A DNA stretch of 32,000 nt from Firmicutes bacterium UBA1393 (GCA_002305255.1 DBQN01000065.1:2529-34528), one strand, 5' to 3'. Counted from the stretch's first letter, positions 7,128 through 15,701 are shown. Notes: a model not told the origin generated them from the letters alone. Made by a program: numbers and translations.

Positions 7128-10100
7128 CTAGAACGTGGTCTTCAGAGACAGACCGGCTACGCGCACACCATAGTCGTCAGGTCCACCAGCAGCATACAGC
7201 ACGTTCTTGATGTCGTACTTCAGCGTGAGGCTGGTGTTCTTGTAGAACTTGTGGTTCAGCGCGGCGCCGAACTGCAGGTACTCGCCTGACGGATGCACCG
7301 CCGTCGGAGTCTCGTACGCGCGCGACTCGTAGGACGCGGTTCCGCTCAGCGTGGTGTCAGGACTGAGGTTGAACGTCAGGCCACCGGCCAGTGCCAGACG
7401 AGTCAGGTCGTTGAACTCCTCGTCGTAGCTGGCATGGCTTGTGGGCACGTCGTGAGTCACATCGTAGCCAGCTTCAGCAGTGAGGGTGAGCCTATCCTCG
7501 ATAAGCGGCATGGCCATGTTCAGGCCAGCGCCCCAGATCTGCCACGTCTCAGCGCCGAAGCTCTGCTCCCAACCGCCGCGGAGCTTCAGAGTGTCGCCGC
7601 CGATAGGCGCATCGAGCTTGACATATCCGATGTAGGACATGGCGGGCTCCCAGCTGTCTTCGAAGTGGTTCTTCCAGGTGAAGCCAGCCGATACCGGCAT
7701 GTACTTCAGGTCGAAGCCCAGCTTCGCGACGCCTTCATTCTCCCAGTCCACGATGAACGCGTCGTAGTTGTAGGTTGCGTCAGCGCGGAGGGTCAGCCCG
7801 ATGCCGAGCAGTTGGGCATTGTACTTCACCCCGCCGCCGACCGTTGCGACGTCCTTGGATGCGAAGTCAGCATCACCCTTACGCTGTACCAGACCATTGA
7901 CGACGAACCCGCCGATCGAGTCGGTGACCAGCGTGAGCTTGCTCACCCTGGTATCGGGGGACACGCGGTCGGGATCGCTGCTGGACGTACCGCGGTAGGA
8001 AGGCGCATAGCCCTCGTCCACCTGGACGTGCGACGCCGCGATGTTAACCACGCCGAGCTTGCCGCCGATAGAGAGGTCTCTCGCATACACGAACTCGGTG
8101 GGTTCAGTGCTGAGGAGCTTGCTGTCAAACGCCGACAGCTCTCCACGGGCGCTCCAGGTGTCACTGAGCTTCAGCGATACGTCGGCACCGATGAGGCTCT
8201 CATCCGGATCGTCGCCGCTCGTGTCCTGTGACGGCTCGTCATGCACCTTCACCATGGCGCGCGCGCCAACGGTGATAGCCTCGGTGAGCTGCAACGTTCC
8301 AGCGGCGCCAGCGATGTGCATGTACTCGTAGGTGCTGGCATCGTTGCTGCCGTGCCCGACCTTGGCCACGAAGCCGCTGAGGTCAAGCTTGCCGGCATCA
8401 TGTGTCAACGCAATGCCCTCGATGGCCTTGCTGTTCCATACCTTGGCGCTGGCCTGGTACTTGGTCAGCCCGGCCGGACGAGCGAGCTCGCCAGCGAGGA
8501 TCGTCGTGACACTGTTCGGCGTCACGATGCTCATGTCGAGATCCAGCTTGGGCAGGACGCTGCTTGTGTCGGCAACTCCGAACACATCGGAGAGCAGACC
8601 TATCTGAGCTGTCACCGTAACGCCCGGATCAGGCTGGATGTTGAGCGTCAGCTTCAACTCGTTCTGCATGATAGAAGAGGGTATATACAGATCGTCGTCA
8701 TCGGGATCCGCTACCCTGTTGAACGGGTTCTTGTAGAGATCCGACACCGGAGCACCGGATATCTGCGACATCGCGTTGATATCCTCGAACCTCACCTCGT
8801 TAGAGCCAGTGAGCTTCACGCGGTTCAGCTCGGTCCAGAGGTTGCCGATGCTCGTCTTGTTGGTCGCGATATCAGCCTGCGCGATCTCGGTGTCCCTCTC
8901 CAGCTTGCGCACGCGCTGGGTGATGGGGGCGATCTCCTCGGTTCTGATCGCCGCTATGTCGCGGGCGTTCTGGTCGGCCTTGGCCTCGACCACAGCCAGC
9001 TGAGCCTCGAGATTCGAAACCCGGGCGCTCAATGCGTTGAGTTCCTTCTGGTACTCATCCTTGAGTGCAGCGATGGACGCGACCACCAAGTCGATGCGCG
9101 CTTCGAGATCCTCGCGCAGGGCGATCATGGAGTCGTAGAAGCCCATCTGCATCTCCGCCTTGAGCTGCAACAGGTCGAGATCATGCTGCTCGGCCAGGGC
9201 CTCGAGGGCTCTCTGCCATGCGTCTCTCTCGGCCGCGATGGAGTCGAGGAAGCTCACCTGGAGCTCTGCCCTGAGCTGAGCCAGATCGAGGTCGTGTTTC
9301 TCAGCAAAGGCCTGAAGCGCTCTCTCGCGGGCGTCCCTCTCGGCCGCGATGGAATCATAGAAGCTCATCATGAGTTCGGCCTTCTGCTGAAGCAGGGCTA
9401 CCTCCCAAGTGGCTTCCATGTCGTCGAGCCTCGCGTCGTACGCCGCCTTCATCTCATTGACGGAAGCGGTGTGCATCTCGAGGATCTCGTTACTCTGCGC
9501 CCTAAGCGCGGCCACGAGCTTCTGGTTGAGTTCGTCGGCGGTGGCTGCATTGGCTGCATTGAACTGAGCGATCAATTCAGCCTTCTGTTCGGCCAGGGCC
9601 TGGTCGAAACGCGCCTGGAGCTCGTTGTATCTTGCGTTGAGCTGACTGGTGGAGTTGACCAGCCTCATGTCGATATCGTTGAGCTTGCCGTCGACAACCA
9701 GGGCGGAATCGGCCATCTGGTTGTACACATTGCCGAACCTGGCGTTCGTTTCGGCAGACGACTGAGCCGCCTCGGCCTCAATCTGCGCAAACCGGGCGTC
9801 AACTCCGGCGGCATAGGCCTCGAACTTGCGGTCGACTTCGTCGCGATATGCGTTGAGCGACTCGCGCGCAGCATTGATAATCGCCATGCTGCTGTCGTCA
9901 ATAGCCTTGACCAGCATATCATCGTGACGGGCATCGATAGCAGCGATGATTGCCGCTTCCCTGTCAGCGATGGCCTTCTCAAGGTCAGCCCTGAGGTTGG
10001 CCAGCAGGATGTCGCGGTCAACGTTCGATGCGATAATCGAGTCGTAGAACGCCATCATCACTTCGGCCTTCTGCTGGAGCAGGGCCAACTCGATCTTGGA

Positions 10101-11063
10101 ATCGAGTTCTGCCAGGGCAGCCTCGCGCGCCGCTCTCTCCTCAGCGGCGTGAACAGCTAGCAGCGTGTTGATTGCCGCTTCATAGTCGGGGGCGGACTCG
10201 ACCGGCGTGGCACCGGTTGTCGATATCGTGAGCGCCTCCAACTTCCTGGCGAGCTCAAGGCTGATCTCCTGGTTCTGCTCTTCGGCAGCCTGCGCTTCCT
10301 CGTACAGCGCACGCCTCAGAGCCTCAAGGCGAGCATCGAAGTTGTCGTGGTCTGCCGCGAGCAACTTGATCTGCCCTTCGAGGTTCGCCACGGCTGCCTG
10401 CCATGCAGCGTTGCTCTCTGCTACTGCATCTGCAACCAGCTTCTCGCAACCGGGAAGCGTGGCCACTGACTGCTGCACTTCGGCACCCACAGGAGTGGTG
10501 CAGGACGCGAAATGTGCCTCATTTGCAGCTCTGACAGCCTCTATGGCTGCCCAGAGCTGGGCATGCTCGGCCTTGTTGGCTTCCGTCAGATCATCCACGC
10601 GCGCGAGCAGAGCAGAGAGCCTATCGTCAAACTGCTCCCACTGCGCCTCCGACATGCCGGCGATCTTCTCGGCGATCACTTGCTCGAGTATGGTGGCATC
10701 CGGCGAAGCCACAGGCTGAAGCACCACCCCGTCGGCTGGGCTGGCACTTGAGTCGGGAGCCTGCGTGCCTGAGACCTTGGCGTCAAGCTCGCCTACAGTC
10801 TCAGCGAGACTGCGGATGTCCCTGTCGAGGTACTCCAGGGCCCGGGCGATCATGATCGCCACCTCGTACCTGGTGGCCTGGTTCTTGCCCTGGAAGGTAC
10901 CATCAGGATAGCCCTCGACGATTCCCAGAGCCGCTAGGAGGTTCACGGCGTCCAACGCCCAGTGGTAATCGGGCACGTCTGAGAAAGGCGTGCTCGCCGT
11001 TACTGGGAGCGCCATCATGATCACCATGAGAGCACTCACTAGTATGGCCAGGAATTTCTTCAT
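7128..11063 (-). CDS. SLH-domain / long coiled-coil / C-terminal beta-barrel outer-membrane tether (OmpM/SlpA-like)
   Basis: 1311 aa with SD AAGGGGGG upstream and signal peptide 'MKKFLAILVSALMVIMMALPVTAS'. One SLH domain is present ('FSDVPDYHWALDAVNLLAALGIVEGYPDGTFQGKNQATRYEVAIMIARAL', about 10824-10991). About 650 aa of A/E/L/Q/D-rich heptad-like sequence follow (aa ~85-750). The last ~560 aa have an alternating beta pattern with aromatic girdle residues and end in 'GLSLKTTF'. Confidence 0.85.
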   Translation of the reverse strand: MKKFLAILVSALMVIMMALPVTASTPFSDVPDYHWALDAVNLLAALGIVEGYPDGTFQGKNQATRYEVAIMIARALEYLDRDIRSLAETVGELDAKVSGTQAPDSSASPADGVVLQPVASPDATILEQVIAEKIAGMSEAQWEQFDDRLSALLARVDDLTEANKAEHAQLWAAIEAVRAANEAHFASCTTPVGAEVQQSVATLPGCEKLVADAVAESNAAWQAAVANLEGQIKLLAADHDNFDARLEALRRALYEEAQAAEEQNQEISLELARKLEALTISTTGATPVESAPDYEAAINTLLAVHAAEERAAREAALAELDSKIELALLQQKAEVMMAFYDSIIASNVDRDILLANLRADLEKAIADREAAIIAAIDARHDDMLVKAIDDSSMAIINAARESLNAYRDEVDRKFEAYAAGVDARFAQIEAEAAQSSAETNARFGNVYNQMADSALVVDGKLNDIDMRLVNSTSQLNARYNELQARFDQALAEQKAELIAQFNAANAATADELNQKLVAALRAQSNEILEMHTASVNEMKAAYDARLDDMEATWEVALLQQKAELMMSFYDSIAAERDARERALQAFAEKHDLDLAQLRAELQVSFLDSIAAERDAWQRALEALAEQHDLDLLQLKAEMQMGFYDSMIALREDLEARIDLVVASIAALKDEYQKELNALSARVSNLEAQLAVVEAKADQNARDIAAIRTEEIAPITQRVRKLERDTEIAQADIATNKTSIGNLWTELNRVKLTGSNEVRFEDINAMSQISGAPVSDLYKNPFNRVADPDDDDLYIPSSIMQNELKLTLNIQPDPGVTVTAQIGLLSDVFGVADTSSVLPKLDLDMSIVTPNSVTTILAGELARPAGLTKYQASAKVWNSKAIEGIALTHDAGKLDLSGFVAKVGHGSNDASTYEYMHIAGAAGTLQLTEAITVGARAMVKVHDEPSQDTSGDDPDESLIGADVSLKLSDTWSARGELSAFDSKLLSTEPTEFVYARDLSIGGKLGVVNIAASHVQVDEGYAPSYRGTSSSDPDRVSPDTRVSKLTLVTDSIGGFVVNGLVQRKGDADFASKDVATVGGGVKYNAQLLGIGLTLRADATYNYDAFIVDWENEGVAKLGFDLKYMPVSAGFTWKNHFEDSWEPAMSYIGYVKLDAPIGGDTLKLRGGWEQSFGAETWQIWGAGLNMAMPLIEDRLTLTAEAGYDVTHDVPTSHASYDEEFNDLTRLALAGGLTFNLSPDTTLSGTASYESRAYETPTAVHPSGEYLQFGAALNHKFYKNTSLTLKYDIKNVLYAAGGPDDYGVRVAGLSLKTTF
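9084..9380 (-). repeat. Intragenic tandem 111-nt (37-aa) repeats in the coiled-coil region
   Basis: Unit 1 is aa 562-598 'AELMMSFYDSIAAERDARERALQAFAEKHDLDLAQLR' and unit 2 is aa 599-635 'AELQVSFLDSIAAERDAWQRALEALAEQHDLDLLQLK'. A partial third unit reads 'AEMQMGFYDSMIALREDLEAR'. DNA copies share strings such as ctctcggccgcgatgga. A more distant copy, 'LALLQQKAEVMMAFYDSI', lies at aa ~326-343 (about 10035-10088). Confidence 0.7.
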
Positions 11064-11249
11064 GTACTGTTCCCCCCTTATTCGTACTCAACGCTAAGGC
11101 TAACCTGAACGGGGTGCCATACCGAGTGGTCATGTTTCCTCGCGCAGCGCCCTGCCCACGTCAGCCGATGCGTGTCTCTGTGGCAGCCCGAGGGATCACT
11201 GATAAACCCGCCTCAAGCTGCGAGTATCCGCGCTCGACAAAGTGCACAG

Positions 11250-11278
11250 ATATTCACACTACATTAGGATATTCTTCA
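11250..11278 (-). promoter_or_regulatory. Candidate promoter region for the SLH-barrel gene (AT-rich island)
   Basis: This is the only AT-rich patch in the 279-nt gap. The minus strand reads TGAAGA (11278-11273), 17 nt, then TGTGAATAT (extended -10-like, 11258-11250). GAATATC occurs twice as a direct repeat 19 nt apart (11255-11249 and 11274-11268). Consensus match is weak, and a ~185-nt leader would follow. Confidence 0.25.
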
Positions 11279-11342
11279 GTCCCTAGGGAACTCCTTCCCC
11301 AGCGCGAAATTTGACCCACCGTTGCAAAACCCTTTTTAGCTG

Positions 11343-12698
11343 CTATTCAGCTATGAGCCTTATGGATGCGGAGGTGCTTGCGCGCCATATGTCAGTACCT
11401 GCCACAGCCTTCACCGTCTTCACTGCCCTGGAGTTGATCACCGCGACGATGGCGTTTGAGAATTCAGAGACGCTTAGAAGTGTCCCGATCTTGCCTTCCT
11501 CGTCGGAAGGCATTCCCTCGGCAATGAGAATGCTGTTGACCTGCTGCACGAGGGCAAGCAGGCTGGCCTGGACGCGGTCGGCGCCGGCGGCCCCGTCTAT
11601 CAGCGCAGACGCTATGACCTGGCCCTCTGAGTAGATCTTCTTGTCTGGATACACATGAAGCGATACCATCAGCGGCTCACCGCTCCAGGTGTTCACCGGA
11701 GATATGGCCCTGAGGACCACCCTATCAGACGACTCGTCGATCTTCTGGAAGGCGGCGAGCACATTTGCCTCTTCAAAGCTGAGGGTGAACTGATCGCCGT
11801 CGTCCCGGGCCGAGCGGGCCCCCCTACTCTGCGCCACGTCGTTTACTCTCAGAAGGAACGCGTTAACCTGCTCCTGGACGACCTGGGCAGGCTGTGAGCA
11901 GTCGATAATGGCTCCGAGCACCACCTCGTCAGCGCGGAAGATCACCTTGCCCCACATGGACAGCTGCCCTGCTTCCCACAGCAGTTCAGCACTGCGTTGT
12001 GTAGTCTCAGTCAGGGTACTCTCAAGCGTGGCGACTTCCTTCGCCAGCATGTCCCGGGTCTGAGTCAAGGCTTCGACCCGCTCAGTCTGTACTCTCTGCT
12101 CCTCTTCCAGCGCAGCAATATCCACCCGCGCGTTCTCAAGGTCGGCCGCGGCTGCCTCAAGCTGCGCGGACACGCCATCAAGATCTGACTCCATCTTCTG
12201 AAGCCTGCTGGATGCCTCAACCAGCCTGCCCTCTGAGTCTTTCAGGCGAGACTGGAGCATCGACAACTCATCGAGAGCGAGACCTCGCTCCTCAGATACG
12301 CGTGCTAGCTCGGCAACCGCACGATCATATTCGGACTGGAGATCCTCTCGCTCCTTGGCCATCTTGTCAACCTGCATTGACAGCTCATCTACCTGAGCTC
12401 TCTTAGCTTCCAGATCGGAAGTTGCCGTGGCCAGCGAGTCCTGAATCTCCTTTATCTCGAACAGTGCCGTCCTCACATTGTCGGAGGCGAGGGAAAGCAG
12501 AATGATGGAGCAGCCTGCGATCATCACGCCGGTCATGATAGTGACAATCATAGACGTGTACCTGGGGCGCAGGCCGAACATGGACAGCCTCTTTCGACCG
12601 ACCTTCATTCCGATGCGGTCACCAACGTAGGCTATGACTCCTCCTGCAATCGCCAGCACGACTATGAGGGGAAAACCATACACACGCCATCCCTCCAC
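11343..12698 (-). CDS. DUF3084-like membrane-anchored coiled-coil protein
   Basis: 451 aa. Two N-terminal TM helices flank the basic loop 'GDRIGMKVGRKRLSMFGLRPRYTS', the signature I associate with DUF3084. An ~170-aa heptad-rich segment follows ('LEAKRAQVDELSMQVDKMAKEREDLQSEYDRAVAELARV...'), then a ~200-aa globular C-terminus. The start is 16 nt after the lptB stop. Confidence 0.6.
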   Translation of the reverse strand: MEGWRVYGFPLIVVLAIAGGVIAYVGDRIGMKVGRKRLSMFGLRPRYTSMIVTIMTGVMIAGCSIILLSLASDNVRTALFEIKEIQDSLATATSDLEAKRAQVDELSMQVDKMAKEREDLQSEYDRAVAELARVSEERGLALDELSMLQSRLKDSEGRLVEASSRLQKMESDLDGVSAQLEAAAADLENARVDIAALEEEQRVQTERVEALTQTRDMLAKEVATLESTLTETTQRSAELLWEAGQLSMWGKVIFRADEVVLGAIIDCSQPAQVVQEQVNAFLLRVNDVAQSRGARSARDDGDQFTLSFEEANVLAAFQKIDESSDRVVLRAISPVNTWSGEPLMVSLHVYPDKKIYSEGQVIASALIDGAAGADRVQASLLALVQQVNSILIAEGMPSDEEGKIGTLLSVSEFSNAIVAVINSRAVKTVKAVAGTDIWRASTSASIRLIAE

Positions 12699-12714
12699 GC
12701 TGCGACGCCCACTG

Positions 12715-13443
12715 CTACAGAGTGAATCTCTCTCCTAAGTACAACTGCCTTGCAGTTACGTCATCAGCGACTTCCCTGGCCGTTCCCGACACAACGATGC
12801 GTCCCTCATACAGAATGAGCGCACGATCCACGATCGCCAGAGTATCTCTGACGTTGTGGTCAGTGATGAGAACGCCCAGACCCCTCGACTTCATGTCTGC
12901 CACGATCCGCTGCAGCTCTCCCACGGCGATGGGATCGACTCCAGTGAATGGTTCGTCTAGCAGTACGTAAGCCGGAGACGCGGCCAGCACCCTGGCGATC
13001 TCCACTCGCCTTCGCTCACCCCCCGACAGGGTCATGCCCGGCTGGCGCGCAACATGCGACAGGTTCAGCTCTTCCCTCAGCTCTGCGAGACGTCGTTCTC
13101 TCTTGGCCTTCACCGGCTCAAAGAGCTCCAGCACAGCCAGGATGTTCTGATCCACGCTGAGCTTACGGAAGACCGAAGGTTCCTGGGCCAAGTATCCGAG
13201 GCCCAAGCGCGATCTGCGCCATGCCGGCAGACAAGTGACGTCCACGCCGTCTACCCATACCCTGCCTGCGTCGGGTTGCTCCAGGCCGACCACCATGTAG
13301 AACGTAGTGGTTTTTCCCGCTCCGTTTGGCCCCAGCAGGCCCACTACCTCGCCCTTCTCCAGAGTCAACTCGACCCCGTTGACCACGGTTCGGCCTCCGA
13401 AGCTCTTGACCAGAGCCTCCGCCCTGATTCCCACGCGACGCAC
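12715..13443 (-). CDS. lptB: LPS export ABC transporter ATP-binding protein LptB
   Basis: 'VKSFGGRTVVNGVELTLEKGEVVGLLGPNGAGKTTTFYM', signature 'LSGGERRRVEIARVLA', Walker B 'VLLDEPFTGVDP' and 'ITDHNVRDTL' match the LptB pattern. Length is typical at 242 aa. The start is GTG 13443 or GTG 13434, and the frame is closed by TGA at 13453-13455. Confidence 0.9.
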   Translation of the reverse strand: MRRVGIRAEALVKSFGGRTVVNGVELTLEKGEVVGLLGPNGAGKTTTFYMVVGLEQPDAGRVWVDGVDVTCLPAWRRSRLGLGYLAQEPSVFRKLSVDQNILAVLELFEPVKAKRERRLAELREELNLSHVARQPGMTLSGGERRRVEIARVLAASPAYVLLDEPFTGVDPIAVGELQRIVADMKSRGLGVLITDHNVRDTLAIVDRALILYEGRIVVSGTAREVADDVTARQLYLGERFTL

Positions 13444-13653
13444 CGCCTCGCTTCAAGATCGGGCCAGGCAGCGACGACCTTACCCTCATGGAACACACTA
13501 ACCTGTATTGACGGTTCTTCCCACGCGAAGGTTCCCTCTGAAGGAGTTCCTTCGACAGCCATGAGCCTCACACCTGCCCCGCGGCATGGCCGGGATCTCG
13601 GTGATTGCTGGCAGGCACGGTGAGTCACGGCGTAACACGAGAGGCTGCGACCG

Positions 13654-14889
13654 CTAGCCAGGCACGCTTGAACGAATACCCTGTATCACAGCATCAGCCG
13701 CCCCCGGCAGCCCAACCGTCTCTTTCAGTCCCCTGGCCACCCTGTCGGCGGCGGCTGGATCACCGATCATCTCCACCACGGGGATGACTACGTCTTCCGG
13801 CCTGACTGAGCCCACAACCTCACGAGCGACGTCTCTGCCAGCCCTCATGTTTGGCCCTGACACGAGCACCGATCCGCCCGCCGGCTGCGATCGTGTCGCG
13901 ACGGCTCGCACCTGGCTCAGCATTCTCGCCCATCGACCGCCCCGCCTCGATACCAGGCCACGGGGAGCTACTACTATGTAAGGCACCCCCGCGTAAGCCA
14001 GCTCGTGGCAGAGGGGTCCGGGAACCGTCAGGACTGCGTCACAGCTGTAAAGGGCAGAGTGGTCGGGCCCAACATCAATGGGCACACGAACGCCCTCCTC
14101 GGTGATCAAAGTGAACGGCACCGCGCTGCGGTCTATTGAGGCAGCGGCGGCATCACTTCGAGCAGATCTTGATGTCGGCTTGAAGACGCTGTCGAGAGAA
14201 GCGGTACCAATGAACGGCGACAGCCGCAGTATGAACGAGGTGCCCCGCTCAACCCTGGCAAGCAATCCAGCTGCTTTGAGCATGAACGGGCCCATCTGAC
14301 GAGCCTCGCGAAGGCCGTCGCCCGGAAACAACCCGATTACCTTCACGGATCCGTCGCTTCTGTTTGCCACGGCCGACGCCGGCTCTCTCAACCCTGAGCT
14401 GCGCTCCATGGTGGCTGCAACGTCCAGACACAGATCGCCCACGACTCGCACCGAAGCGGGGGCCGCACCGCCAGCAATGAGAGCAGCTTGTACGCGCTCG
14501 TCTTCCACAAGGTACAGTGCTGACCCCCTTGGTACCACTGGATACTCGCGCGAGACGTAGTGAATAAGTGGATACCTCAGTCTCCTAGCCAGCGCCGCCG
14601 CAAAGCCCGAGTCACCGCCGAGGTTCACCACTACACCGCGCCCCGACACCGTGAATCCCCGTGGCCTCAGTCCCACGTAGGCCGTGTTCCATGCCTCACG
14701 GGGGCCGAATGCGCGCCTCACACCCCTGTAGGTAGAGGCAATGCGCACTTCACGGGCAAGAGCCTGCGATCCGGGCGAAGAGAACACCCATATGTCAGCC
14801 GCGGAGAACGCCAGAGCAGCCCTGTACGCCACAGGCCGTACAAGGCTGTTCATCTCTGCCGGACCGCCGGTCACCAGGACTATATCCAA
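13654..14889 (-). CDS. LpxB-like (GT19 lipid-A-disaccharide synthase-related) glycosyltransferase, divergent
   Basis: The block order parallels LpxB: 'IVLVTGGPAEM' (vs 'vaGE.SGD'), 'GGDSGFAAALARRLRYPLIHYVS' (vs 'D.PdFn..la..lk..gi..ihYvsP'), 'IGLFPGDG' (vs 'lLPGSR'), 'CDAVLTVPGPLCHELAYAGVPYIVV' and 'GPNMRAGRDVAREVV' (vs 'lpNllag..v.pEl'). TTG at 14889 has GAGGTGG 7 nt upstream. The longest ORF starts at TTG 14919. Confidence 0.55.
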   Translation of the reverse strand: MDIVLVTGGPAEMNSLVRPVAYRAALAFSAADIWVFSSPGSQALAREVRIASTYRGVRRAFGPREAWNTAYVGLRPRGFTVSGRGVVVNLGGDSGFAAALARRLRYPLIHYVSREYPVVPRGSALYLVEDERVQAALIAGGAAPASVRVVGDLCLDVAATMERSSGLREPASAVANRSDGSVKVIGLFPGDGLREARQMGPFMLKAAGLLARVERGTSFILRLSPFIGTASLDSVFKPTSRSARSDAAAASIDRSAVPFTLITEEGVRVPIDVGPDHSALYSCDAVLTVPGPLCHELAYAGVPYIVVAPRGLVSRRGGRWARMLSQVRAVATRSQPAGGSVLVSGPNMRAGRDVAREVVGSVRPEDVVIPVVEMIGDPAAADRVARGLKETVGLPGAADAVIQGIRSSVPG

Positions 14890-14936
14890 GACGCGACCAC
14901 CTCGTCCTACCGGGCACAATGCCCTTGGACGGAATT

Positions 14937-15701
14937 CTACAACGCAGCTACGTTTTCCTTCAGTGGAGCTGCCGCATAGGCCAGGGCACGCGCGTAGCGC
15001 CTCCCCACGTCTGACAAGGGGTTCGCGAGCACCGCGTCAGGGGCACCCTGTTCGACTACGGCGCCTGCCTCCATCAGGACGATGTTGTGCGCTGCTCTCA
15101 GCGCGAAGCCGATCTCGTGAGTCACGACCACCATGGTGGCCTCCAGTGTCCTCGAGAGCCGCTCCATCAAGCTTAGCACGTCCACCACCAGCGTGGGGTC
15201 GAGTGATGCCGTCGGTTCATCCCACAGGATCAGCGACGGATGATCGGCAATGGCCCTGGCAATGGCCACTCTCTGCATCTCACCGCCCGACAGTCCCCGC
15301 ACATCTTCATCAGCTCTGGAGTCCATGCCCACCTCAGCCAGAGCTCGCATCGACAGGTCGTGAGCCTCGTCCACTGACTTGCCCACGGCCACCATCGGCA
15401 GCATGACATTTCGCACGACATTGAGACGGGAGATGAGGTTCGATCTCTGAAACACCAGTCCCACTCCTCGCCTGAACCTCTCCAGCTGAGACTGGGACAT
15501 GGCAGTAACGTCTTCGCCCATCCACGTCACCTGCCCAGAATTCGGCTCCACTAGGCGGATTATGCTCCTGAGCGCTGTGGACTTGCCGCAGCCCGACGGC
15601 CCCATTACCGCCACGACGGAACCCGTAGGCACCTCCAAGCTGAATCCATCGAGGGCCCTTCCACTCGGGAACGTTACCGTCACGTCTTGCATTCTGAGCA
15701 T
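14937..15701 (-). CDS. ABC transporter ATP-binding protein, polar-amino-acid (HisP/GlnQ) class
   Basis: Walker A 'GPSGCGKST', Q-loop 'LVFQ', signature 'LSGGEMQRVAIARA', Walker B 'LILWDEPTASLDP', and the class-typical 'VVVTHEIGFA...GAPDAVLANP'. ATG 15701 has AAGGGAGGTG 7 nt upstream and overlaps the preceding CDS by 22 nt. The 52 extra N-terminal codons of the longest ORF look non-coding. Confidence 0.9.
   Translation of the reverse strand: MLRMQDVTVTFPSGRALDGFSLEVPTGSVVAVMGPSGCGKSTALRSIIRLVEPNSGQVTWMGEDVTAMSQSQLERFRRGVGLVFQRSNLISRLNVVRNVMLPMVAVGKSVDEAHDLSMRALAEVGMDSRADEDVRGLSGGEMQRVAIARAIADHPSLILWDEPTASLDPTLVVDVLSLMERLSRTLEATMVVVTHEIGFALRAAHNIVLMEAGAVVEQGAPDAVLANPLSDVGRRYARALAYAAAPLKENVAAL

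Noticed and set aside
7293-8231. 312-aa plus-strand ORF
   Set aside because: It is antisense to the barrel part of the SLH-barrel gene, with no motifs, no SD context checked out and a low-complexity Arg-rich product.
8241-10160. 639-aa plus-strand ORF, the longest plus-strand ORF in the window
   Set aside because: It lies entirely antisense to the coiled-coil part of the 7128..11063 CDS. Its product is an L/R/G/H/V-rich string without motifs. Sense codons rich in GAG/GCC/CTG/CAG naturally give stop-free antisense frames in GC-rich DNA, and the sense ORF has clear SLH, coiled-coil and barrel features.
13365-13628. 87-aa minus-strand ORF across the lptB upstream spacer
   Set aside because: Its first 22 codons are junk-like and its last third overlaps lptB out of frame. 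Only the internal ATG 13562 segment looks marginally protein-like, and it is kept as a low-interest finding rather than a feature.
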